A DNA stretch of 64,000 bases from contig OZ024740.1 of assembly GCA_964016885.1 (NCBI GenBank), forward strand, positions 393,824,001 to 393,888,000. The letters run 5' to 3'. The translations under genes and the position numbers were made by a program. The stretch is from Eledone cirrhosa. Taxonomy: Eukaryota. The notes under the pieces are model-generated. The model searched no databases and was not told the origin of the DNA. It worked only from the letters and a program-made list of their open reading frames with translations. Below, in pieces: positions 1 through 9,994 of this stretch (the first letter of the stretch is position 1; each line of letters opens with the position of its first letter).

Positions 1-131
1 TTTTATCGACCTCGTAAGGATGAAAGGCAAAGTTAACCTCGGCGGGATTTGAACTCAGATCATAAAGGGCCGTAACTCTTTGCTGCAAAGCATGGCGTCC
101 GACCCTCTACCGATACTACCAATCCACCGCC
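1..131 (-). mobile_element. tRNA-derived SINE, cut by window edge
   Basis: Reverse complement of the head GGCGGTGGATTGG..GAGTTCAAATCCCGCCGAGGTTAACTTTGCCTTTCATCC (B-box GTTCAAATCC) seen in many other copies in the window. Confidence 0.85.
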
Positions 132-195
132 ATCAAGAAAAATAATAACAGGATTTAGAACACATCACTCTAAATTCGGCACAGAAATATTATAA

Positions 196-400
196 GGTGG
201 ATTGGCAGTAAATGTAGAGGATCAGACGCCATGCTTTGCTGCATAGAGTTACGACCCTTTATCAAATCCCGCCGAGGTTAACTTTGCCTTTCATCCTTAT
301 GGGGTCGATAAAATGAAGTACCAGTCACGCACTGGAGTCGATTTAATCGACTTTCCCCTCCCCCCAAATTGCTGGCATTGTGCCTACATAAGAGACCATT
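196..400 (+). mobile_element. tRNA-derived SINE
   Basis: GGTGGATTGGCAGT head, core GCCTTTCATCCTTATGGGGTCGATAAAATGAAGTACCAG, tail TTGTGCCTA..CATTAT. Confidence 0.85.
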
Positions 401-689
401 ATATTTACAAAGAATACAAGGATACAGGGATCTTCTGTAACTTATTAAAATGTATCTAGTGTAGGGCAATAAAAACACCTGGTATAAAAACATCGGAAAG
501 TTGAACAAAACACTAAACTCTTTTCTCCCTTCCAAAGTCTGTAAAGGGCGGTTTTTGTCTCGAATGACATATCTTCAAGTTTACCTTTTCAATTCAACTA
601 TAACACGAAATCAAAAACACAGTTGAAATGTTTAAGTGTTAACGCTGCTAACAGTATTATATATTGACCCAGATTGGAGACCTAATTCT

Positions 690-900
690 TTCTAATTTTA
701 GCACAAAGCTATCAACTTTGGGGAAAGCCAAAGTCGATTACATCGACCCCCAGTCCTGGACTAGTACTTTATTTTATCGATCCTGGAAGCATGAAAGGCA
801 GAGTTGATCTCGGCGAAATTTGAACAAAGAATGTAAAGAGCCGGAACAAATACCAGAAAGGAAATATGTCCGATGATCTACCAATTCTACAAATCCACTA
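690..900 (-). mobile_element. diverged SINE of the same superfamily
   Basis: GTACTTTATTTTATCGA..ATGAAAGGCAGAGTTGATCTCGGCG core with many substitutions. Confidence 0.65.
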
Positions 901-1056
901 TTCTGAAGACATCAGAATGTTTTATCACGAAGCAATATTATGAAGATCTATAAATTTAGGTATCAAAATAGGAATTAGGACATTTATAAGATGTGGACTT
1001 TTTATGGGTCCTACTAGTTATTAATTTATTTTATTAAAATTCGTGGTCACGCCTCT

Positions 1057-1105
1057 TTCTTCTTCTTCTTCTTCTTCTTCTTCTTCTTCTTCTTCTTCTT
1101 CTTCT

Positions 1106-1151
<46 letters not shown>
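1057..1151. repeat. (TTC)n microsatellite
   Basis: Direct reading; source of the poly-E/poly-S ORFs. Confidence 0.97.
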
Positions 1152-1417
1152 TAATACTTGGCATGCTGGTTATATCATTAGTTATATCAGAGATCAATTC
1201 CAACTGCTGGGATCAACTTTGTCTGAAGAAGGATACCTGGAATTACCCGGGAAATAAAGCACTAAATTGGTAACCAATTTTTTAAATAAGAAACATTTTA
1301 ATTACGCTTGAATATATTTCTTTAAACACATTGATTATTTTTGCTTATAGAGATAATAGGATATTTTACTCCCTAAAATTATACTTTCAAATCAGTAACC
1401 CACTTTAGAAGAAAATA

Positions 1418-1443
1418 ACACACACACACACATACACACACAC

Positions 1444-1526
<83 letters not shown>
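1418..1526. repeat. (CA)n microsatellite
   Basis: Direct reading. Confidence 0.97.
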
Positions 1527-1529
<3 letters not shown>

Positions 1530-2268
1530 CTACGCACATATATCTTTTAACCTTTAAAAAAGAGGAAGTTTATAAATAAAATTATCAGTCAAGTGCTGGA
1601 GTCAATTAAATCGACTCCCCACAACCAAGACAATGTGTGGCCTTTACATCAAAGTTGACAAAATACATAACACTACTATACACATATGGTTTAGAATGAA
1701 TAAACCTGTCTGAGAGTGAGTGTTTTATAACTATGCTACATTTATTTGTAACATGACAATAGTTTGAAGATGAATTTGTTCTTGTTTTTTAACCCCGAGT
1801 AACAGGTCTCGGAGGTCTTCCGAAGGTGATAGGTGCGATCTATTCTTCTCGGCCAAACCTTGATCAATCTGATCTATGATAAAATAATGATCCAACGTTT
1901 GTAATTACATTTTTTTTTTTTTTCAGGTATAAAGTGCACCAAGACTATATTGTATATATGTGTGTATAAAGACTATGCTGCATTCTTCAGTTTCGAAATG
2001 TATTGAAGGAGGCAAAAAGGCTCGTATTTAAGAGCATATGAAGCGCAACATTGTTGTAGTGCAATGGATTATTACTGCTAAAACCAAGGATCATACAAAT
2101 TGAAATAAAGATTCAGAATTTTAGTGGCATATAGATAAGTATTACTTTCGTCCTGTCAGGATATAAAATCTATTACAGGTTAAATATTGAGGTAAAGATT
2201 ATCAACTACACTTACTATCTCCAACACAAAATAATTGGCTTTGTGGCTGTAAGAAATGATCGATATGT

Positions 2269-2294
2269 TAGTAGTAGTAGTAGTAGTAGTAGTA

Positions 2295-2362
<68 letters not shown>
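2269..2362. repeat. (GTA)n microsatellite
   Basis: Direct reading. Confidence 0.97.
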
Positions 2363-2363
<1 letters not shown>

Positions 2364-2379
2364 CTGATGATGGACAAAT

Positions 2380-2542
2380 AATGATTTCTGATTTAGGCAC
2401 AAGGTCAGCAATTTTGGGGGGAGGGTAAAGTCGATTAAATCAACTCCAATATGTTACTTGTGCTTTATTTTATCGTCTCAGTAAGGATGGAAAGCAAAGC
2501 TAACCTCGGCGGGATTTGAACTCAGAACGTAAAGGGCGGCAA
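2380..2542 (-). mobile_element. tRNA-derived SINE, 5'-truncated
   Basis: TTAGGCACAAGGTCAGCAATT..GCTAACCTCGGCGGGATTTGAACTCAG. Confidence 0.8.
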
Positions 2543-2899
2543 CTCAGGCAAGCTGATGTAAACAAACCCAAATCCATCAGTGGCTGCGCATCACAGGACT
2601 GAAAGCTGAAACAGAATGTTTCATACTGTCTGTGCAACACCAATGCCTTGCCTCAAAAAAATATCAGGCAAACTTATTAGGAAAACATAATGACGCAAAA
2701 TGCCGGTTCTGTGACAGAAAGACTGAAATAGTGATCAGCTCACATCTGCATGCATCACCTTAGCACCGTATGAATAATAAAACGAACACGATAGAGTGAG
2801 GCAGTACTTCTACTGAAAATATGTAAATCCCATAGAACAAAATGAAACCAAAAAACTGGTCTCAACATCATCCAGACCCGGTAACTGAAATTTGTAGTG

Positions 2900-3092
2900 T
2901 AATAATTGTTTCTACTTTTAGCAAAAGGCCAGCAATTATTTCAGTGTATTACTGGTACTTTATTTTATCGACCCCGTAAGGATGAAAGACAAAGTTAACC
3001 TCGGCGGGATTTGAACTCAGATCATAAAGGGACGTAACTCTATGCTTCAAAGCATGGTGTCCGACTCTCTACCGATACTGCCAATCCGCCGC
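2900..3092 (-). mobile_element. tRNA-derived SINE
   Basis: Full-length reverse copy, from AATAATTGTTTCTAC to CCAATCCGCC. Confidence 0.9.
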
Positions 3093-3106
3093 ACCGATAT
3101 AATAAT

Positions 3107-3293
3107 TGTTTCTATTTTAGGCACAAGGCCAGCAATTACCCAGTACATTACTGGTACTTTATTTTATCGACCACGTAAGGATGAAAGGCAAAGTTAACCT
3201 CGAAGGGATTTAAACTCAGACCGTAAAGGGACGTAACTATGCTGGAAAGCATGGCGTCCGACTCTCTACCGATACTGCCAATTCACCGCCATT
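3107..3293 (-). mobile_element. tRNA-derived SINE with 15-bp TSD
   Basis: Full copy; CACCGATATAATAAT at 3092-3106 and 3294-3308. Confidence 0.9.
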
Positions 3294-3963
3294 CACCGAT
3301 ATAATAATAAAAGATAAAAACAACCATATGTGCTTCATGATAGACATGTCAGTACCTGCTGATTGCAATGTGTCTTTCAAGATATTTGAAAAGATTTCAG
3401 AGTACAAGGATCTTGTAATAGAGATTGCAAAAAATGTGGGGTATGATGGCCACCACTATTCCAGTTGTAGTTGGAGCACTGGGCCTGATAAACAAGGGAA
3501 CTGACAAACTCTTGGATCACATGCTAGGTAAACCTTGTATAACAGAAATTCAAAAAATTTTGCGAAGATCATTGTCAATGTAATGTTGGCAGGGAAAACC
3601 ACGTTGTACTGATGGACAAAAGCGTACACTTTATTCATTATATATTTTATGACGATCAGTTATCTATGGAGTTCAAAAATGTGTCATAACAACCATCACC
3701 CACCCCAGGCCCAAATCGTCATAGAAGCACTAGCTACTCTCTCGAAGAATTTTCAATGCTAACTAAAGACCATTAGCTAAACAACCTTTTTTAAAACAGT
3801 TCAACAGGCATGTCTGCTGGGAACAGCAAGTACCCTCCGACCAACCTGATGTTCATTTGGGCAAATTTTCCGATTAAATAACAACAATGACTGAAATATA
3901 AAATCCATCATTATTATTAGCAGTATCGGTCTAAAAATTATATCTATATGCCTAAAACTTTAA

Positions 3964-4149
3964 GGTGCGGTGGATTGGCAGTATCGGTAGAGAGTCGGAC
4001 GCCATGCTTTGCAGCATAGTTACGTCCCTTTACGATCTGAGTTCAAATCCCGCCGACGTTAACTTTGCCTTTCATTCTTACGGGGTCGATAAAATAAAGT
4101 ACCAGTAATGTACTGGGTAATTGCTGGCCTTGTGCCAAAAGTAGAAACA
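3964..4149 (+). mobile_element. tRNA-derived SINE with 18-bp TSD
   Basis: Full copy; ATTATTAGCAGTATCGGT at 3913-3930 and 4150-4167. Confidence 0.9.
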
Positions 4150-4156
4150 ATTATTA

Positions 4157-4360
4157 GCAGTATCGGTAGACCGTCGGACAACATGCTTTGCAGCATAGAG
4201 TTATGGCCCCTTACGGTCTGAGTTCAAATCCTGCCGAAGTTAACTTCGCCTTTCATCCTTATGGGGTTGATAAAATAAAACACCAGTAATGCACTGGGGC
4301 GGATTTAATCGACTTTCCCCTCCCGCCAAATTGCTGTGCCTATATAAGAAACAATTATCA
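4157..4360 (+). mobile_element. tRNA-derived SINE, slightly 5'-truncated
   Basis: Same head, core and tail directly downstream of the previous copy. Confidence 0.88.
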
Positions 4361-4371
4361 TTATACGATGG

Positions 4372-4557
4372 TAATAATTGTTTCTACTTTAGGCACAAGG
4401 CCAGCAATTACCCAGTGCATTACTGGTACTTTATTTTATCGACCCCGTAAGGATGAAAGGCAAAGTCAACCTCGGCGGGATTTGAACTCAGATCGTAAAG
4501 GGACGTAACTATGCTGGAAAGCATGGCGTCCGACCCTCTACCGATACTGCCAATCCA
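4372..4557 (-). mobile_element. tRNA-derived SINE
   Basis: Reverse copy, tail-to-tail with the previous one. Confidence 0.9.
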
Positions 4558-4638
4558 ATGATAGTGGTGATGGTGGTGTCGGTTATGATAATTACCAATA
4601 AGATGGACAAGAGAGAATAAAGATAAGGATAATGAAGA

Positions 4639-4867
4639 GAGATAGATAGATAGATAGATAGTAGTAGTAGTAGTAGTGGTGGTGGTGGTGGTAGTGGTAG
4701 TAGTAGTGGTAGTAGTGGTGCTAGTAGTAGTAGTGGTAGTAGTAGTTGTAGTAGTAGTAGTTGTAGTGGTGGTAGTATCGGTAGTAGTAGTAGTAGTAGT
4801 AGTGGTGGTAGTAGTAGTAGTAGTAGTAGTAATAGTTGTAGTAGTAGTAGTAGTAGCAGTAGTAGTG

Positions 4868-4956
<89 letters not shown>

Positions 4957-5110
4957 GGTGGTGGTGGTAGTAGTAGTAGTAGTGGTAGTAGTGGTGCTAG
5001 TAGTAGTAGTGGTAGTAGTAGTTGTAGTAGTAGTAGTTGTAGTGGTGGTAGTATCGGTAGTAGTGGTAGTAGTAGTAGTGGTGGTAGTAGTAGTAGTAGT
5101 AGTAATAGTT

Positions 5111-5148
<38 letters not shown>

Positions 5149-5176
5149 AGTAGTAGTAGTAGTAGTAGTAATAGTT

Positions 5177-5207
<31 letters not shown>

Positions 5208-5275
5208 CAGTAGTAGTGGTAGTAGTAGTAGTAGTAGCAGCAGCAGTAGTAGTAGTAGTAGTAGTGGTGGTAGTT

Positions 5276-5308
<33 letters not shown>

Positions 5309-5435
5309 ATGGTAGCAGTAGTAGTAGTAGTAGTAGTAGTAGCAGCAGCAGTAGTAGTAGTAGCAGTAGCAGCAATAGCAGTAGCAGCAATAGCAGTAGT
5401 AGTAGTAGTAGTAATAGCAGCAGTAGTAGCAGCAA

Positions 5436-5485
<50 letters not shown>

Positions 5486-5523
5486 ATAGCAGCAGTAGTA
5501 GCAGCAACAGCAGCAGTAGTAGC

Positions 5524-5573
<50 letters not shown>

Positions 5574-5646
5574 CAGAGCAGCAGCAGCAGCAGAAGAAGA
5601 AGAAGAAGAAGAAGAAGAAGAAGAAGAAGAAGAAGAAGAAGAAGAA
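4639..5646. repeat. compound microsatellite (GATA)-(GTA/GTG)-(GCA)-(GAA)
   Basis: Direct reading; gives the spurious poly-T/V/L ORFs. Confidence 0.97.
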
Positions 5647-5738
5647 AAGACGGCAGCAGTGGTAGAGGAATCTACGAGAAAGATTGCGCAAGTTTGCTCA
5701 TTAATCTTCAGGGATTCTGCTGCATCTGTTCCAGTGAA

Positions 5739-5813
5739 CACACACCCTCTCTCTCTCACACACACACACTCACACCCCCTCTCTCTCTCACCCCCTCCCA
5801 CACACACTCACCC

Positions 5814-5844
<31 letters not shown>

Positions 5845-6467
5845 TCTCTCACACACTCACTCACCCCCCCTCTCTCTCTCACACACACACACTCACACCC
5901 TCTCTTTCTCACACACACACATTCACACACACTCTCTCACACACACACACACACTCTCTCTCACACACTCACATACACACCCTCTCTCTCTCTCACACAC
6001 ACACTCACACACCCCTCTCTCTCTCTCTCTCTGACACACACACACTCACACCCTCTCTTTCTCACACACACACATTCACACACTCTCTCTCACACACTCA
6101 CATACACACCCTCTCTCTCTCTCACACAAACTCACACACACCCTCTCTCTCTCTCACACAAACTCACACACACCCTCTCTCTCTCTCACACACACTCACA
6201 CACACCCTCTCTCTCTCACACACACAGACTCACCCCCCCCCCCCTCTCTCACTCACACACATACACACCCTCTCTCTCTCACACACACACACTCACCCCC
6301 TCTCTCTCACTCACACTGACACACACCCTCTCTCTCTCATACACACACACGCACACACCCCCTCTCTCTCTCTCACACACACACACACAATCTCTCTCTC
6401 ACACACACACACTCACACACACCCTCTCTCTCACTCAAACATACCCTCTCTCTCACACACACACACC

Positions 6468-6500
<33 letters not shown>

Positions 6501-6961
6501 TCACACACACACTATCTCTCTCACACACACTCACACACACTATCTCTCTCTCACACACACACACTCACACACACACCCTCTCTCTCTCTCTCACTCACAT
6601 ACACACACTTTCTCTCTCACACACACACCCTCTCTCTCTCTCTCTCAGTCACCCATTCACACACACGCTCTCTCTCTCACACACACACTCACACACACAC
6701 TCTCTCTCTCTCACACACACTCACACACACACCCTCTCTCTCACTCTCTCACCCACATACACACACTTTCTCTCTCACACACACATTCACCCCCCTCTCT
6801 CTCTCTCTCACCCCCTCTCTCTCACACTCACCCATCACACACACACCCTCTCTCTCACACACACACTCACACACACACTCTCTCTCTCACACACACACTC
6901 ACACACACACCCTCCCTCTCTCCGTCCCTCACTCTCTCACTGTCTATCGCACACACACACA
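5739..6961. repeat. degenerate (CA)n/(CT)n low-complexity tract
   Basis: Direct reading; gives the spurious THTHSLSL ORFs. Confidence 0.95.
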
Positions 6962-7055
6962 AACAGACCCACATACAGAGATACATCAACATATGCACAT
7001 ACATTCTTTTTCTCACTCTCTCTCTCACACAAACACATACACGTATGAATGCATG

Positions 7056-7100
<45 letters not shown>

Positions 7101-7136
7101 AATATAAAATCAAAAGATGGTTAAAAGAGTTCCATG

Positions 7137-7206
7137 TATTCTATTATACGCATTTCAAAAACAAATATCATCATGGGATGATATTTGCGTTCTCAGCAGA
7201 TAAATA
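7137..7206 (-). ncRNA. inverted copy of the hammerhead fold with variant core CUGCUGA
   Basis: Reverse complement reads TATTTAT-CTGCTGA-stem II-GAAA-TGCGTA-TA-ATAGAATA. Confidence 0.55.
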
Positions 7207-7264
7207 GGGAGACATGATATGAAGCTTAAAAAACACTTGCGAGCAGTGAAGTGTTAAATCAACA

Positions 7265-7335
7265 TATTTTATCTGAGGAGAACGCAAATATCATCCCATG
7301 ATGATATTTGTTTTTGAAATGCGCATAATAAAATA
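7265..7335 (+). ncRNA. type I hammerhead ribozyme fold (palindromic stem III)
   Basis: TATTTTAT-CTGAGGA-[stem II GCAAATATCATC/GATGATATTTGT]-GAAA-TGCGCA-TA^-ATAAAATA; perfect 8-bp stem I; predicted cleavage after 7327. Confidence 0.85.
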
Positions 7336-7484
7336 CATGGAACTCTTTTAACCATCTTTTGATTTTATATTATTTATACTCCAGTCCTACAAACTGTTGA
7401 GTGCTACTTATCCGATATTTGCATTGCTTTATTGTGCTACAATAAAACTCACCTCCTACATATATAAATATATATAGATATATA

Positions 7485-7559
7485 TAGGCTGTCCCTTAAA
7501 ATATATACACACATTTATTAGAATGCTATTGAAGTATGTATACATTTATTGGGGACACC

Positions 7560-7562
<3 letters not shown>
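7485..7562. mobile_element. Tc1/mariner-type mini-MITE with degenerate left TIR
   Basis: TAGGCTGTCCC...GGGACACCCTG in (TA)n; near copy of 7806-7882. Confidence 0.65.
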
Positions 7563-7591
<29 letters not shown>

Positions 7592-7595
<4 letters not shown>

Positions 7596-7780
7596 ATGTT
7601 TGACCTCGACGGCAGAGCTCAAGCCGTTTCGACGGCTATTTCAGGACTGAAATAGCCGTGGAAACGGCTTGAGCTCTGCCGTCGAGGTCAAACATTTTCC
7701 TATTACCCACTCTACTACCCTAAGTATTGACTACTCTGGTGCGTATGGTCCATCTGATTCCTCACCACACCTCCTTCGTT
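7592..7780 (+). mobile_element. fold-back hairpin element in (TA)n (family also at 58.2 and 62.3 kb)
   Basis: 53-bp arms 7592-7644/7647-7699 with one mismatch, plus an 80-bp tail ending CTCCTTCGTT-(AT)n. Confidence 0.7.
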
Positions 7781-7805
7781 ATATATATATATATATATAT
7801 ATATA

Positions 7806-7879
7806 CAGGGTGTCCCTTAAAATATATATACATATTTATTAGAATGCTGTTGAAGTATGTATACATTTTTGGGGACACC

Positions 7880-7882
<3 letters not shown>
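7806..7882. mobile_element. Tc1/mariner-type mini-MITE (77 bp)
   Basis: TIR CAGGGTGTCCC / GGGACACCCTG flanked by TA. Confidence 0.75.
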
Positions 7883-7918
<36 letters not shown>

Positions 7919-8273
7919 GCATTAATGAAGTTAATCGCATATAATCCGTATAGCTCCGATATATATATATATATACATGTACTTACATACACACACACAT
8001 ATATATACATACATACAGACATACATATATACATACATATATACATACGTACAGACATACATATATATACATACGTACTATCCACTTCCACCTTACATAG
8101 CCACCTTAACACTATAGCAGCATCTGATTAAAACAGATCTCATCTTGACAATAAAACATACTAGACAAGACAATGCCTAATACATTGTAAGTCTATGCAA
8201 ACTGCCTGAAAGTAACTTAGCAACACATATTGACCAGACCTTATAACTAACATTACGTATTTTCTATGTTTCT

Positions 8274-8329
8274 ATACATACATACGTACATGCCTACATA
8301 TATACATACATAGGTAAATACATACATAT

Positions 8330-8374
<45 letters not shown>

Positions 8375-8375
8375 C

Positions 8376-8408
<33 letters not shown>

Positions 8409-8411
8409 AAT

Positions 8412-8470
<59 letters not shown>

Positions 8471-8752
8471 TATGTATACATACATATATACATGTATACA
8501 TACATACATATATAAACATATGTATACCAACATGCATATGCACATATACCCATATATGTACATATGTATATATGTATGTATGTATGTATATATATATGCA
8601 TGTATGTATGTATATACGTATGTAAGTATGTATGTATATACGTATGTATGTAAGTATGTATGTAAGTATGTATGTATATATATATGTATGTATATATGTA
8701 TATATGTATGTAAGTATGCATTTGTATGTATGCATGTGTGTATATATGTATG
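8274..8752. repeat. (TA)n/(TACA)n/(TATG)n low-complexity tract
   Basis: Direct reading. Confidence 0.9.
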
Positions 8753-9184
8753 CTGGCTGTCAACTGCACATCGATCGGACAGAGCAGCGATTGGCTGCTT
8801 TACATACAACTAACACTCAACCACCAGCCCTGACCACAATATGAAAGTTATATAAAGTGTTAACAAGGCGAATAACAGAATCACCATACAATCTACTATA
8901 CAACTTGGTAAAGTAAGTTGAATGATCATTACTTCAGTTGGTCAGATGACAAGCGGAGAGTTACAACATTTACATGTCCTTGAAAACACTCACTCACCGC
9001 TAAATTATTTCAATTGCAAATATTTATACATAATTCATGGAAGACATAGCCTCACATATATTCACGGTTATATGCACTATTGCATATATTGATGTGTATG
9101 CAAAACATATTTATCTCAGTAGTTAGGTGTGTATGTTTGTATGTATATGGTATATGCATGAAAATGTCCCTCCATTTATATACA

Positions 9185-9256
<72 letters not shown>

Positions 9257-9441
9257 CATATACATACATACACACATATATATGTATGTATGTATGTATA
9301 TATATATATATATATATATATACATAAGAGAATGCTGAAGTGAAGTTTGCTTGAAACATTGTGGAATAATAAAATGGTTCGTTTTAGAAGCCTCAACAAT
9401 ACAGATGTGTAAATCTCCGGGTAACAGAATCAGGTGGCAAT

Positions 9442-9493
<52 letters not shown>

Positions 9494-9558
9494 TAAGAGG
9501 AAATGTAGAATGAGACATAGAGGGTGTAGAAGAACGTAGGAAAAAGTGTAAAAATAAT

Positions 9559-9740
9559 TGTTTCTACTTTTGGCACAAGGCCAGGAATTATCCCAATGCA
9601 TTACTGGTACTTTATTTCATCGAACCCGTAAGGATAAAAGGCAAAGTTAACCTTGGCGGGATTTGAACTCAGACCATAAAGGGCCGCAACTCTTTGCTGC
9701 AAAGCATGGCGTCCGACTCTCAACCGATACTGCCAATACA
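9559..9740 (-). mobile_element. tRNA-derived SINE with 13-bp TSD
   Basis: GTGTAAAAATAAT at 9546-9558 and 9757-9769. Confidence 0.88.
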
Positions 9741-9953
9741 AGCCTTTCATCAAAATGTGTAAAAATAATAACACGAGATAGAGTTACCTTGGAAGTGATT
9801 TAATTGTCTCTATATTTCGGATTTCGCATCCATCAACTGGGGGTTTTCAGAGGGGAAAAAGTTTTTAGTCGGAGTCCGACAACACGTGGCCTCTGTTGTT
9901 TCTCGTGTGCGTACAACGAAATCGGAAATATCCAGCAGAAGCAGCGGGGATAA

Positions 9954-9994
9954 TCATCGATGCATTTCGAACTTAATGGTTCTCAGCAGGATAA
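9954..9994 (-). ncRNA. minimal hammerhead-like fold with variant core CUGCUGA
   Basis: Reverse complement: TTATC-CTGCTGA-GAAC(CATTAA)GTTC-GAAA-TGCA-TC^-GATGA. Confidence 0.6.

Larger units (their letters stand above)
2547..3850 (+). pseudogene. 3' remnant(s) of an R4/Dong-like (restriction-like endonuclease) non-LTR retrotransposon, interrupted by SINEs
   Basis: Manual translation: HQWLRITGLKAETECFI..AKCRFCDRKTE..HDRV (CCHC region, 2579-2800). After the SINEs: DIIIKDKNNHMCFMIDMSVP..EKISEYKDL..IPVVVGALGLI (PD-D/ExK region, 3298-3500) and QQACLLGTASTLR (~3803-3840). Stops and frameshifts present. Confidence 0.8.
7099..7460 (+). mobile_element. Penelope-like pLTR / non-autonomous fragment with inverted 5' duplication, in (TA)n
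   Basis: Inverted repeat 7099-7206 / ~7265-7373 containing a hammerhead; tail motif TATACTCCA..GAGTGCT shared with the 61.6 kb element. Confidence 0.65.

Noticed and set aside
3964-4060. tRNA genes
   Set aside because: The B-box-containing heads are parts of SINEs and do not form a full cloverleaf.
2547-4560. Dong-like element as the SINE's mobilising partner
   Set aside because: Dong-type targets read TAA on the sense strand, whereas SINE junctions read ATT; no shared 3' tail seen.
4420-7124. Long ORFs of 329-482 aa (poly-T/L/V, THTHSL)
   Set aside because: Translations of stop-free microsatellites in several frames; no domain content.
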